Shown piece after piece: positions 43,572 to 56,644 of a stretch of 64,000 nucleotides of DNA (position 1 is the first letter of the stretch; each line of letters starts with the position of its first letter). The translations under genes and the position numbers were made by a program. The notes beneath the pieces were generated by a model. That model was not told where the DNA came from. It was given only the letters and a program-made list of their open reading frames with translations, and ran no database searches. The stretch is from the NCBI GenBank assembly GCA_963822005.1, contig CAWGGD010000044.1, forward strand, positions 13,305-77,304. Direction: 5' to 3'. The stretch is from an uncultured Verrucomicrobiae bacterium. Lineage in GTDB: Bacteria; Verrucomicrobiota; Verrucomicrobiia; Limisphaerales; UBA8199.

Positions 43572-43976
43572 TCAACCACGGTTGGCAAACCACACCACGT
43601 ATTCCCGCACCGGCCAGAAGTTCGGGTCCGTTTTGGGCGTCACCTCCAGGTCACACAGCGGCACGCAGCCGGTTCGGTTCTTTTCCCTCACGTTTACAAG
43701 GATGCCCCGGTCCACGTCTTCTTCCGCCAAGCCTACGACCTGCATCTTGTGGCCCAAGCGGAACAGGGCTTTGGCCGCGCCGGGAGCGAAATAGGCATCG
43801 TCATCATCCTCCTCGCGCGCGACCGTGAAGGGGAAAGCCAGTTGCCGGGCCAACCATTCCGGCCAGGCCCGGGCGGCCCATTCCTGGAACTTCTGCTCCC
43901 ATGCCTCCTCACACTCGGGCAGGTAGCCGTCGTCATCCTCGCTCAAATCCCAACGGTGGTCTTCGGTATCTCTCAT
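43572..43976 (-). CDS. Calcium-binding CcbP-like protein
   Basis: Acidic; L.FPF, VPLCDL, N...V.EY.VWFAN. Confidence 0.6.
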   Translation of the reverse strand: MRDTEDHRWDLSEDDDGYLPECEEAWEQKFQEWAARAWPEWLARQLAFPFTVAREEDDDDAYFAPGAAKALFRLGHKMQVVGLAEEDVDRGILVNVREKNRTGCVPLCDLEVTPKTDPNFWPVREYVVWFANRG

Positions 43977-44003
43977 AAATGTCACCCGGTCTTGTTATGG
44001 AGT

Positions 44004-45631
<1,628 letters not shown>

Positions 45632-45678
45632 GGCCCGAGTGTCACAGATCGCAGCGCCCCTGTGAAGGCGCAATCCGG

Positions 45679-47193
45679 TCACCGCACGCGGGTAATGATG
45701 CGGTCCTTGGTCCAGTGATCCCGATACCAGGTGCTGGCCTCGAAGGTGTCGTCCAGCTCCGCCATGCGCGTTTTCAACAATGCGCGGAAGCGGTTCAGCG
45801 CCGGCTCCCGCTCGGCGCTGTCGGCCAGGTTGTGAAGCTGGTAGGGGTCCTTCAGGTTGTCGAAGAGCAGCTCCTTCTTGTCCTTCCGGTAGATTGCGTA
45901 GGTGAATTGCTTGCTGCGCAGGGCGCGCCATTCGTAGTCGTCTTCCCACACCGCGCAGGCGCCGGTATTCTGCATGAACGCGGCCTCCGGCTCCGGGCCG
46001 GGTTGGCCGAACGCGGAATGGCTCAGGTCCGTGCCTTCGACCTTCGCCGGAATGGGCAGCCCCGCCATCCCGAGCAGCGTCGGCATGATGTCGGGCGTGT
46101 TGAGGCACGCGTCGGTCGTCGTCCCGGCGGGAATCCGGCCCGGCCAGCGCACCAGGAAGGGCACCCGCACTGCTTCCTCGTAAAAGATGTTCTTCGCCCG
46201 CCGCCCCTGGGCGCCCATCATCTCGCCGTGATCAACGGTGAACACCACGATGGTGTTGTCGCGGAGGCCGGCCTGGTCAATCGCCTGGAGCAGCCGACCC
46301 ACGTTCCAGTCCAGGTTGGCCGCCATGGCATAGTAAACACGCATCATCTCCGGAATCCGCTTGCGCTCGCCCGGGCCCTTGAACCTGCCCCACGCATCCG
46401 AGTAAGGATCGTTCTCCGGCCGATAGTTCGGCGGCAGCGTGAACCGCGGGGTCTTCCCCTCGTCAGCAAACATCGCCAAATACTTCGCCGGCACATTCTC
46501 CGGGGTCCACGGGTCGTGCGGTGTGCCGATGGACAGGAACAGCGCGAACGGCTTGCCCGCCGTCGCATAACCTTTGATCTGCCCGATCGCCAGGTCGGTC
46601 TGGACGTCCGGCTCGTAGCCCTTGACCGGGATCTTCTCGGGGCTGTCGGTGTGGTAATAGCCCTTGAAGTATTCGTGGTGGAAGTTGTAGGCGGCCCAGA
46701 AGCCGTCGAAGCCGAGCCGGTAAGGGCCGGGCGGCGTGAACGAGTTTTTCGGATCGTAATGATTGCCCAGTTGGTTGGCCCACAGATGCCACTTGCCGAT
46801 ATACCCGGTGTCGTAACTATGCCGGTTCAGCACCTGCGCCAGAAACACGTGGTTCGTATTCATCCGCAGCTCGTTGATGACCATGCCGGTCGAGGTGGTG
46901 TATTTGCCGGTAAAGAGCGACGCCCGGTAAGCCGCGCACACGGGATGGCCGGACACGGCGTTGCGGAAGATCACGCCCTGCTTGGCGAGCGCGTCGAGGC
47001 TGGGCGTTTTCGCGCGGGCATCCCCGGCGAAGCCGCATGATTGGTAACGAAGCTGGTCGGCCAGAATGAAGATCAGGTTGGGCTTCGCCCCCCGGGCCGG
47101 GGCAGCTTGCGGCGCCGAGCGGGCCGAGGTCTCTGCGAGCACCGAGGGAGCCATGCAGACAACCGTTGTCCAGACGAGCAAAGTGGTTCTCAT
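45679..47193 (-). CDS. Sulfatase
   Basis: PNLIFILADQ, VCAAYRASLFTG, GKWHL, PHDP, DHGEM. Confidence 0.9.
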   Translation of the reverse strand: MRTTLLVWTTVVCMAPSVLAETSARSAPQAAPARGAKPNLIFILADQLRYQSCGFAGDARAKTPSLDALAKQGVIFRNAVSGHPVCAAYRASLFTGKYTTSTGMVINELRMNTNHVFLAQVLNRHSYDTGYIGKWHLWANQLGNHYDPKNSFTPPGPYRLGFDGFWAAYNFHHEYFKGYYHTDSPEKIPVKGYEPDVQTDLAIGQIKGYATAGKPFALFLSIGTPHDPWTPENVPAKYLAMFADEGKTPRFTLPPNYRPENDPYSDAWGRFKGPGERKRIPEMMRVYYAMAANLDWNVGRLLQAIDQAGLRDNTIVVFTVDHGEMMGAQGRRAKNIFYEEAVRVPFLVRWPGRIPAGTTTDACLNTPDIMPTLLGMAGLPIPAKVEGTDLSHSAFGQPGPEPEAAFMQNTGACAVWEDDYEWRALRSKQFTYAIYRKDKKELLFDNLKDPYQLHNLADSAEREPALNRFRALLKTRMAELDDTFEASTWYRDHWTKDRIITRVR

Positions 47194-47447
47194 GAGCCAG
47201 AGTTGCTTATACTCGGCGTTCGGGCCCGGCTCAAGCGAATGCGTTCTGGGTGGAAGATGGCGCGAAAACGGTTCTTCCTCGTTTTCGGGGTAATAGGGCC
47301 CGGTTCAGGCAGCCGATCAGAGCCGGCGACTGGTGCTACCTCGGTTGACCCTGTGCGGAATCAAGGCCGCAGCACCGGTCCTCCACCCCAACGCTCTCGC
47401 CAACGACCCCCCATAGTGATCCCAGCCTACCCCTGATGTGCATCCCC

Positions 47448-47548
47448 AGTACCTCCCTAGTACCTCCGTAGTACATCCGTAGGTCACCTCCGTAGATCAT
47501 ACGGAGGTACTACCTAGGGTACTACGGAGGTACTGACGGAGGTACTAG
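47448..47548. repeat. Inverted array of ~11-bp tandem repeats
   Basis: 4x AGTACCTCCGT-like units, short centre, 4x ACGGAGGTACT-like units. Confidence 0.85.
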
Positions 47549-47621
47549 CGGGAGTGCCCGGTGGAGGTCGTTCTGGCTGCGAGGCGGGGGGGGTGCTCTG
47601 GTTGCCAGGTCAGAGGGCTGT

Positions 47622-47984
47622 TCAATAGCTGGTGGATAGCTTTGGGAACACTGTGAAGTCCGCCGGATTTGGCATCAGCAGCGAAGCGGCGAGCGTCCGG
47701 GCCGCCGCGTGATCCGCGTGCCCCGCAACCCCTGCCGCCACGAGAAAACTCGTGTCGAGTCCGCGCGTCACACACGGCCCTCCAGCATTTCGTCGTAACA
47801 TTCCTCGCGCGTGCCCAGTGGTTTCAGCATCCGGCCCAGGTCCAGCGGCGGCAAATCGAGCGCGCTGCGCCCACTGCCCTTCGTCTTCGTCAGCCGGGCT
47901 TTCCGCACGAATCGTTCGAGTTCCGCCAATTCCCCCGCCGAGAATTGCCGCACCACGAGCTTCCACTTCAGCGAGTGTACTCAT
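47622..47984 (-). pseudogene. VapBC-like toxin-antitoxin remnant (antitoxin 47768-47984; truncated PIN toxin from 47771)
   Basis: MSTLAEVEA...LPPLDLG...DEMLEGRV*; GTGA overlap; VTRGLDTSFLVA....H..H PIN N-terminus breaks off after ~35 aa. Confidence 0.65.
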
Positions 47985-48131
47985 GCCGGAGAAAGCAGCG
48001 TTCGCGCCGGGCTCCGGCGAGCTCGAATGACGCAGGCGAGGGTCCCTTTACTCAAAGCCGTGGGCCTGGAGCTGGGGCAAGGGCAAGTTCTCACTGTTGA
48101 TACTTCTGGCGGCTGTGGCGATGCCTTTGCC

Positions 48132-48368
48132 GTGCCGCGCAAACTGCGCATCCAATATCCCGGGGCGATTTATCATCCCCCTCCGCCATGGCTACGACGG
48201 GACTGGCGTCATGGATCGCGGGGACCAGCGCGAGGTAATCTTCAGGCACGAGGAGGATCGCCAGAGGCTTCTAACGCGTTGGCCCTGCGTTGCCAACCTG
48301 CGGAATGAGAACAACAATCCCAATCGGCTCAGGAGGTGCTGCCTTTGTGTAAGAAGTGAGGACACTTG
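48132..48368 (+). pseudogene. REP-associated tyrosine transposase (RAYT, IS200/IS605 Y1) N-terminal remnant, copy 1
   Basis: VPRKLRIQYPGAIYH-[insert]-VMDRGDQREVIFRHEEDRQRLL; no HUH motif follows. Confidence 0.75.
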
Positions 48369-48532
48369 CTCGACTGAGGCACGTGCGGGTCCACCTGCAG
48401 AACCCGGTGTGACGGCGGAACCGGAGCAGCCTGTAGCCGGTCGCGGCGCGACTCTCGCAAAGGCAGTGGGCGTTCGCGGGCGTGACCTCCTCCGGGACCT
48501 CTGATTCGCGCAAAGCAGGTTTGGCTAGCACC

Positions 48533-48562
48533 AAAAAGGCGCAGCCGGTGAAGACTGCGCCC
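48533..48562 (-). terminator. Putative terminator downstream of BspA-like gene
   Basis: GGGCGCAGTCTTCACCGGCTGCGCCTTTTT on the minus strand; near-copy of the hairpin at 53179-53204. Confidence 0.6.
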
Positions 48563-48744
48563 GTTTGATTGTTTAAGGCCGCTGAACCATCCCGTGCGAG
48601 CGGTTTGGTTGGCCTATGGCTGTGGTGTCGAAGTAGAGCTGCGGACTGAGGTTCCGGTATGGGCCGCGAGCTGGTGAGAGTGCAGGGGCGACACCTGTGC
48701 AGCCCAGCCTCTCTGCGTTCCTAAGACCCAAGCGCCTGCGGCCT

Positions 48745-51700
48745 CTATGGCGACACCACCCGGTAAAAGCGGTTGGGGCATCGGCCGGCGTTGGCGTCTT
48801 CGAAGGTAAACCTGCCATCGCCGTGGTCCACTGCCACACCAATCCTCTCCCAATCCGCGAGGTTGGTGGAGGCCTCGACGACATGGAGGCGGTACGCCGC
48901 GCCTGTGAAGGAGAATCGGCCTTTGGCGCCGGGCCGAGCGAGCAGCCGCACCCTGCCTGAGTGCCCCAGCCCAGAGCTTCCAAGGGCGCCAATCGCCTGT
49001 TGGGCGGCTTCGATGAACTGGCGGGCCAAGGCAGGGTCGGCGACCTGTGCCCGGACCTTGTTTTGGAACGCCTGCAATTGGTTGGTCGCGGAAACCGGAT
49101 TGCCCCGTTCAATGGACGCCTGTGCGGCCCGCAACGTCGCTGTCAACGGCTTCGGATTCCGCACCCCTGAGCCCTCCACCATCGCGATGAGCCACTGCAC
49201 AGCTTGGCCAGTGGTCACGACCGAGACGGTTACCGAATTGGTACTGGTGGCCACAGCGTCGCTCACGACCAAGTCAATTGGGTGGCTGCCGAGAGGCAGA
49301 ACCACCACCGCCACAACCCCGGTGGCCAGGAGCGTCGGAGCTTGAGAGCCGGGGGAGAAGAACCAGAAGTACTGCAAGGCGTCGCCCTCCGGGTCATAGG
49401 AGCGAGAGCCGTCGAGAATGGCCGTGCCATTGGCGCCGTTGGCAGACACGAACCAGGTGCCGGTCGCAGTGGCATCGGCCACGGGTACCAGATTCCACAG
49501 CGCGGTAGGACGGCTAGCAAAGGTCGTTCCCCAGCCGGTAGTCCCCCGCCGGTAATAGACAGTCGCATTGGTGTCCCCCTCGAAGACGTGCCAGCCAACG
49601 CTGGGGGCGTTTCCCTTGAAATAGACTCCCGTCAGGCTGGGGCATGATGCAAACGCACAGTCTCCGATGCTGGTGACGTTCGCGCCGATCGTGACGTTGG
49701 CCAGCCTCGTGCAGGAATAGAATACATACTCCCGGATGCTGCTGACGTGATTGCCTATCGCCGCGCTGGTTAGGCTGGAGCAGGAGGAGAACGCAGCAGG
49801 CCCGATACCGATGACGCTGTCGGGAATCGTAACGCTGGTCAGGTTCGTGCATTGAGAGAACGCATAGTACCCGATCCAGGTGACATTGGTCCCGATCGTG
49901 ACATTGGTCAGGCTCCTGCAAGAAGAGAACGCCCCGTCCCCGATGCTCGTAACACTGTTCGGGATCGTGACGCTGGTCAAGCTGGTGCAGGAGGAGAACA
50001 CATCGTACGCGATGTTAGTAACGCTGTTGGGGATAGTGACGCTGGTGAGGCTTGTGCAGGACGCGAAAGCCCCGCGCCCGATGTTAGTAACGCTCACGGG
50101 GATCGAAACGCTGGTCAGCTTGGTGCACGACGAGAACGCGTAGTCCCGTATGCTGGTGACGTTGGTCCCGACCGTGACATTGGTCAGGCTGGTGCAGGAA
50201 TCGAACGCCTCGTACCCGATGCTCGTGACGTTGTTGCCCATGGTCACGTCGGTTAGGCTCGCACAGTAACGGAACGCGTAGTCCGCGATGGTGGTGACAC
50301 TGCTGGGGATCGTGTAAGCTCCGGCGTTGCCCCCTGGGTATTGAATGAGCGTTATCCGGCCCTTGTCGAACAAGACTCCATCCACGCTGCTAAAGGAGGG
50401 ATTGAGCGCATCGACCGAAATTTGGGTCAGGCTGGTGCAGTAAGAGAACGCGCAATCCCCGATGCTGGTGACGCTGTCGGGGATTGTGACGCTAGTTAGG
50501 TTGGCGCAGCCATAGAACGCCCGATTCCCGATGCTCGTAACACTGTCGGGGATCGCGACGCTAGTCAGGCCAGTGTCAGCGAATGCCCAAGACTCGATGG
50601 TGATGACCGTGTTGGGGATTGTCACGTTGGTCAGGCTGGTGCAGGAATAGAACGCCCCGTCCCCGATGCTGGTGACGCTATCGGGGATCGCGACGCGAGT
50701 GAGGCTCGTGCAGGAATAAAAGGTGTTGACTCCGATGCTTGTGACGCCGTTACCGATTATGACGCTGGTTAGATTGGTGCAGTTCAAAAACGCTCCCTGC
50801 TCGATGCTCGTGACGCTGTCGGGGATCGTGACATTGGTCAGGCTGGTGCAGGAATTGAACGCCTCGTACCCGATGCTCGTGACGCTGTTGCCCATGGTCA
50901 CGTCGGTTAGGCTCGCACAGTAGCGGAACGCGTAGTCCGCGATGCTGGTGACACTGCTGGGGATCGTGTAGGCTCCAGCTCTGGCTCCGGGGTACTGAAT
51001 GAGCGTCGTCTGGCTCTTGTCGAACAAGACTCCACCCACGCTGCTAAAGGAGGGATTGAGCGCATCCACCGTGATTGTCGTCAGGCTGGCGCACGAAAAA
51101 AACGCCCAGCCCCCGATGTCGGTGACGCTGCTTGCCTATCGCCACGTTGGTCAGGCTGGTGCAGGAATAGAACGCATACCAGCCGATACTGGTGACACTG
51201 TCGGGAATCGTGAGGCTGGTCAGGCTCGTGCACCACTCGAACGCCCAGTCCCCGATGCTCGTGACGCTGTCGGGGATCGTGATGTTGGTCAGGCTCGTGC
51301 AGGAGTAGAAGCGAAGCGAACCCGATGCTGGTAACACCGTTGCCGATGGTGACGCTGGCCAGGCTGGTGCAGGAATAGAACGTCCAGTCCCCGATGCTGG
51401 TGACGCCGTTACCTGATCGTTGACGGTGGCTAGGTTGGTGCACGAAGAGAACGCATAGGACCCAACGCTGGATGACGCTGTCGGGGATGCTAACGCTCGT
51501 CGAGGCTTGTGCAGGAAGAGAAGGCATAGTCTCCGATGTTGGTGACGCCGTTGCCGATATTCACGCCTGCTGAGGCTGGTGCAAGAGGAGAAAGCATAGG
51601 ACCCGATGACGGGTGACGCTGTCGGGGATCGTGACGCTGGTGAGGCTCGCGCAGGACTCGAACGCAGAGTCCCCGATGCTGGTAACACTGTTGGGGATCG

Positions 51701-52878
51701 TGATGTTCGGTGAGACTGGCTGCAGGACTTGAACGCGGAGTCCCCAATACTGGTGACGCTGGCAGGGATTGTGATGCTGGCCAGGCTCGTGCAGGACTCG
51801 AATGCAGAATCCCCGATGCTGGTGACGCTGTTGGGAATCGTGACGCTCGTCAGGCTGGTGCAGATACCGAACGCCCAGTCTCCGATGCTGGTGACGCTGT
51901 CGCCGATCGTGACGTTGGTCAGGCTGGTGCAGCAATAGAACGCTCCGCTCCCGATGTTGGTGACGCTGTCGGGAATCGTGACGCTGGTCAGGCTGGTGCA
52001 GTGATCGAACGCCGAGTCGCCGATGTTGGTGACGCTGTCGTGCCGATCGTGACGCTGGTCAGGCTGGTGCAGCCCAGAGAACGCCCAGTCCCCGATGCTG
52101 GTGACGCTGTTGGGGATCGTGACGCTGGTCAGGCTGGCGCAGTCAGAGAACGCTCCGTCCCCGATGTTGGTGACGCTGTCGGGGATCGTGACGTTGGTCA
52201 GGCTGGTGCATTGCCCAGAACGCCCAGTCCCCGATGCTGGTGACGCTGTCGGGGATCGTGACGCTGGTCAGGCTGGCGCAGCCAATAGAACGCACAGCTT
52301 CCGATGTTGGTGACGCTGTTGGGGATTGCGTAGGCTTCCGGCTTTGCCTCCCGGGTATTGGATGAGCGTGGTCTGGCTCTTGTCGAACAAGACCCCATCC
52401 ACACTGCTATAGACGGAGTTGAGTGCATCCACGCGTGATCGCCGTCAGGCTGGTACAGGCAGAGAACGCCCCGTCCCCGATGCTGGTGACGCTGTCGGGA
52501 ATCGTGACGCTGGTCAGGCTGGTGCAGCAACCAGAACGCCTATGCCCCGATGCTGGTGACGCTGTTGCCGATCGTGACGTTGGTCAGGCTGGTGCAGGAA
52601 TAGAACGCCCCGCCCCCGATGCTGGTGACGCTGTCGGGAATCGTGACGCTGGTCAGGCTGGTGGCAGTAGCAGAACGCAGAGTCCCCGATACTGGTGACA
52701 GGCAGGCCATCGATCGTGCTGGGGATGGTCACCGCACCGCCGGGACCGGTGTATCCCGTGATGGTGATCGTGCCGTTCGTTGGTCCGTGTAATTGAATTG
52801 GGCTTGCACCGCGGCGGGCAGCGTCAAAAGCTGCGACGCCAGCGCAAGAACCGCACAGTGTGATCGGATTGATTTCAT
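48745..52878 (-). CDS. Large BspA-type (LRR_5) surface protein; 5' half heavily frameshifted
   Basis: Signal peptide MKSIRSH...[10 protein letters not shown]; 69-bp repeats IP.SVTSIG..AF..CT.LT.VT; PKD-like [12 protein letters not shown]; helical QLQAFQNKV domain; ends NRFYRVVSP. Confidence 0.88.
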
Positions 52879-53244
52879 AACGCTCCTTTTGGGGTAAGGC
52901 TCCCCTTTGAGGTTCAGGGTCTGCCCGCTGCCAACCCAGGACCCGTGCTCACCAACACCGCGATGTGCCAGCTTGTCCACGGATTAATCAGTACAATGCC
53001 TTTTGGCGAGCGCATCATCCAGCCTTACCGGTGCTGGTGCAATACGAAACACCCGCAAAAGCCTTCCGCAAAAGTACGGACAAGCAGAAAGGCGCGGCTA
53101 TGCTTCTCTGCCGGGGGATTGCAAGCCTGATTCTAAGCCCCGCCAGCCCTCAGGCAACAAAGGTGTTGCAGCCAAGAGAGGCGCAGCCGGTGAGGACTGC
53201 GCCCGAGGCAAGCCCCAGTCCTTCCAAATGACACTTATGGCGCC

Positions 53245-53401
53245 CATGAGTCGCGGGGACCAGCGCGAGGTAATCTTCAGGCACGAAGAGGATCGCCAGA
53301 GGCTTCTAACGCGTTGGCCCTGCGTTTCCAACCTGCGGAATGAGAAACAATCATTCCAAGCGGCTCAGGAGGTGCTGCTTTTGTGCCAATGGTGACACTT
53401 G
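53245..53401 (+). repeat. RAYT remnant copy 2; direct repeat of 48210-48368
   Basis: MSRGDQREVIFRHEEDRQRLLTRWPCV.NLRNE near-identical at DNA level. Confidence 0.85.
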
Positions 53402-53445
53402 ATCGCGCCCTGGGATCGCGCCCTCATTCGGCCATCTGCTACCGC

Positions 53446-55135
53446 CTATCCAATACGCGCGGGCAACTCCCCGGCCAGCTCCTCGATTTCCGCAGCCAGC
53501 CGCTCCGCCTCCTTCTCCAATTCGGCCCTCTCTTTTTCGAGCACCTTGGCCCGCTCCGCCGCCAGTTCGCCCAAGACACTCGGCTTCTTCTCGCTGATCT
53601 GCCAAAGCTCGTATTCGGGGCTTTCCCGCAACCGACCCAGCGACTCAATGACCTCGATAATCTCAAGCTGCAACGTCTCATACAACCGCCGCAATTGAGT
53701 GAGTTCCGCCTCCTCGCTGAAATCCAGGCTCCCCCATCCCTGCCGGCGGATGAACCCGTGCGGGTCCTCCGCGATCTCCCGCAGCGTCTCAATGTCGCCG
53801 CTGTCCTTCGCCCGGTTGATTGCGGCGGTCAGCTTCTCGTAAGTCTCAAGCTTCTCCGGCTCGTGGGCGAAACGGTCGGGATGATACAGCTTCACCAGCT
53901 TCTTCCAAAGCCTGGCTCAATTCGCGCTTCCTCGTCGGCGGTAAGCTGTTTCTTCTCGGCCACTGCCGCCGCCGTTTCCTCGTAATCCTTGTCGGTTTGC
54001 GCTTCTGGCCCGCTGGTAAGTTTCCTCGGCCTGTTTCGCCTCTTCGTCGCCGCCGCGTATCAGGGACTCCAGGTACTTCTTCCGGTAATCAACGACCAGC
54101 CGCAGTTGGTCGCGCCTCTGGTAATGCTCTCGCAAGTGCCGGAAAAGGATCGCTTGCACCGTATCCACCCGCGATTTCTCCCTCGTGTAGCGCGACCTCC
54201 AGCTCCGCCAGCCGCGCCCTGGCGCCCGCCACGAGCTGCCGCAGCTTCTCCAGCTCAGGACTCACGTAAATGACAACCGCCGCAAATGTGACCGCAGCCT
54301 CCCTCGGCTCCTTGCGTCCTAGTGGCTTCGTTGCTAAGCCCCGGTCACCCTCAGCCTCCGCCGCGGCAAATACCGCGCTGTCAACCTGCGCCTCTCCCTC
54401 GACTTCCAACTGTCGCAAGTACCACCGCCCCATCTTCGCGCTGCGTGCGTTGGAAGATCTTGCCAGCCAATCCAGCCAGCGCCGCAACTCCGCATCCCTG
54501 CGCGCCTCATGAACCAGCCGCCCCTTGTGTTTCCCAAACGCAATCCGCGACGGATACCACTCCTCCGAGGTGTAAGCCACCACCTTCTCCCACGTATCCA
54601 ACCCCCGGTGCTCCGCAATTGGCCGCAGCACCCTGCCAAACAAATCCACGACGGTTTGCACAGCCCCCAGTGCCGTGTGTGCGCCGTGTTCAGGGAGCTG
54701 GTAATACTGCCGCAAGGTTTGCAGCTTGCAGTTGCCCGCCGGCACCGGATCGAGAAGGCGCTGGGCCAACCGCAGGGCGCACAAGCCGCGCGTGCCGAGG
54801 GGAGCGACTCGCAGCCTTTCCCACTCCGGCGCCAGCACTTCGTCCAGATCATACGCCAAATTGAACGAAACGAGCGGCAACTTGCCCGCGTACTCGCCAA
54901 ACTCCCGATACACTTGCAGCGGCGGCTCACCGTCCCGCTCCAGAATCTCGCGGGTGTAGCCATGCACGTGCGACGCCTCAGCCGGAATCTCTTGGTTTTG
55001 GTTGAGCAGCTTGCGGAATGGCTCCCCGCCCGGCTCCCACCCGCGCATCCGCTGCGCCGCCAATTCGACAACGAAGATTGGCGCGGCCAAACCCGTCGTT
55101 TCGGTGTCGAGTATAATCCAAGGTGTCTCTTTCAT
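53446..55135 (-). CDS. DEDDh (DnaQ-like) exonuclease fused to coiled coil and J-domain; apparent frameshifts ~54190, ~54000, ~53915
   Basis: ILDTETTG, FNLAYD, AHTALG; FGKHKG motif; W.KLVKLYHPDRF J-domain. Confidence 0.8.
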
Positions 55136-55137
55136 GC

Positions 55138-56613
55138 TTAGAAATGCTGATCAGGGCGCTGTAGTAGGCGCGTGGTCTCGGCGTCGTAAGTCAACTCTTT
55201 CAACTCCGTCAGTGGCCGGATGTCCAGAACGCTTATGGGATTGGATGAGCAGTCCAAATCTTCCAAACAGGTTGTCTTGCTCAGGTCCAGCTCGGCGATC
55301 TCGTTCCGGCCACACTCCAGTCCCGTAAGATTCGGCACACGCGACAAATCTAGGTTAGTGAGGAAGTTATCCTCACAGCATAACCGCTCCAGCCGAGGAA
55401 CCGCCCTCAGGTTCAGCTCCCGGATTTCGTTCTGCTTGCACCTAAGGTGGGTCAACTTCGGAACACTTGACAGGTCCAAGTTCGACAACCCGTTGCACTC
55501 ACATTCAAGAGTCTCCAGCTCAGGAAGGAGGCCAAGGCATAATTCCCGGATTTCGTTCTCGTAGCACGAAAGGTGGACTAGCCTTGGGACCCCTGAGAGA
55601 TCTAGCCCTGACAAGCGGTTCTCGGAGCAGTTCAAGTCTTCTAAACGGGCTATTCTGCTCAGGTCCAACTCGGTGATCTCGTTCCGCCCACAGTCCAGCT
55701 CCCTAAGACTCGGCACATGCGACAAATCCAAGCTGGTGAGGAGGTTATCCTTACAGCAGACCTCCTCCAGCCGAGGATGTCCCCTCAGGTCTAGTGCGGA
55801 GATTGCATTCCGGTCGCAGTGAAGGGCTCGTAGTTTCGGGACGCCTGACAGGTCCAAGTTCGACAACGCGTTCCCGTCGCAATGAAGCTCAATTAGATTC
55901 GGAACGCGCGGCAGATCCAAACTCGAGACTTGATTGCACGAACACCAAAGTGCGCCCAGGTTGGGAACAACCGATAAGTCCAACTTGGACAACCGATTGC
56001 CTACGCAGTGCAGGGCTTTGAGGCGAGGCACCTTGCTCAAATCCAATTCTTGGATTCGGCTATGCTCGTACCTAAGCCACGCCAAATTCGGAACCCCCGA
56101 GAGGTCACAAACATCCGCGATAGCAGGCAAGCGCCCAAAGTCGAGCAGAGAGAGTTTGGGCAAGCGCAGATTACGTATCCGAATACGCGAATGCTTGCCC
56201 GACCCAGCAATTTGAAAGCACAGGTGTGTTGTCTCCAAAGCTTCGACCAGTTCAAACTCCCACAGCGGCAGCAGACCAAAGTCCCAATTGATCTTGCGCA
56301 ACCTTCCGTCCTCAAAGCGCGTCTCCCTCCAAGCCTCCCTGATCCGACTCCCACCCTTCAGTAGACGTTCTATCACTTCCTCCGGCCTCAGGCTGAGCGC
56401 CTTCGCCCAAGCCAGAATCTGCCGGTAGTCAGGTTCGCACCATTCGTACTGTCCAATTGCGAACTTCGCAGCAACCAGTGTGGACTGCCGCTGCTTCGCC
56501 AGCGCGAGCGTGTCGGCCACGATAGCGGACTGAATGCGCCTCGCGCCAGCCCCGGCCGTTTCGACCGCACTCGGCGGCCTTCGCACTAGCGCAAAGTTGT
56601 TGTTCTTCTTCAT
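55138..56613 (-). CDS. Cytoplasmic leucine-rich repeat protein (paralog A)
   Basis: 21-aa repeats LDLS.VP.L..L.C..N.I/L; no signal peptide. Confidence 0.88.
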   Translation of the reverse strand: MKKNNNFALVRRPPSAVETAGAGARRIQSAIVADTLALAKQRQSTLVAAKFAIGQYEWCEPDYRQILAWAKALSLRPEEVIERLLKGGSRIREAWRETRFEDGRLRKINWDFGLLPLWEFELVEALETTHLCFQIAGSGKHSRIRIRNLRLPKLSLLDFGRLPAIADVCDLSGVPNLAWLRYEHSRIQELDLSKVPRLKALHCVGNRLSKLDLSVVPNLGALWCSCNQVSSLDLPRVPNLIELHCDGNALSNLDLSGVPKLRALHCDRNAISALDLRGHPRLEEVCCKDNLLTSLDLSHVPSLRELDCGRNEITELDLSRIARLEDLNCSENRLSGLDLSGVPRLVHLSCYENEIRELCLGLLPELETLECECNGLSNLDLSSVPKLTHLRCKQNEIRELNLRAVPRLERLCCEDNFLTNLDLSRVPNLTGLECGRNEIAELDLSKTTCLEDLDCSSNPISVLDIRPLTELKELTYDAETTRLLQRPDQHF

Positions 56614-56644
56614 TGCGCTAACAGCACCCGCTGATTAACTCGCT

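Noticed and set aside
49600-52760. CRISPR array or DGR template/variable repeat
   Set aside because: The 69-bp period is coding BspA LRR; no reverse transcriptase or adenine-specific TR/VR pair seen in the window
52950-52975. Sigma54 promoter for the BspA gene (TGGCAC on the minus strand)
   Set aside because: No GC at the required -12 spacing
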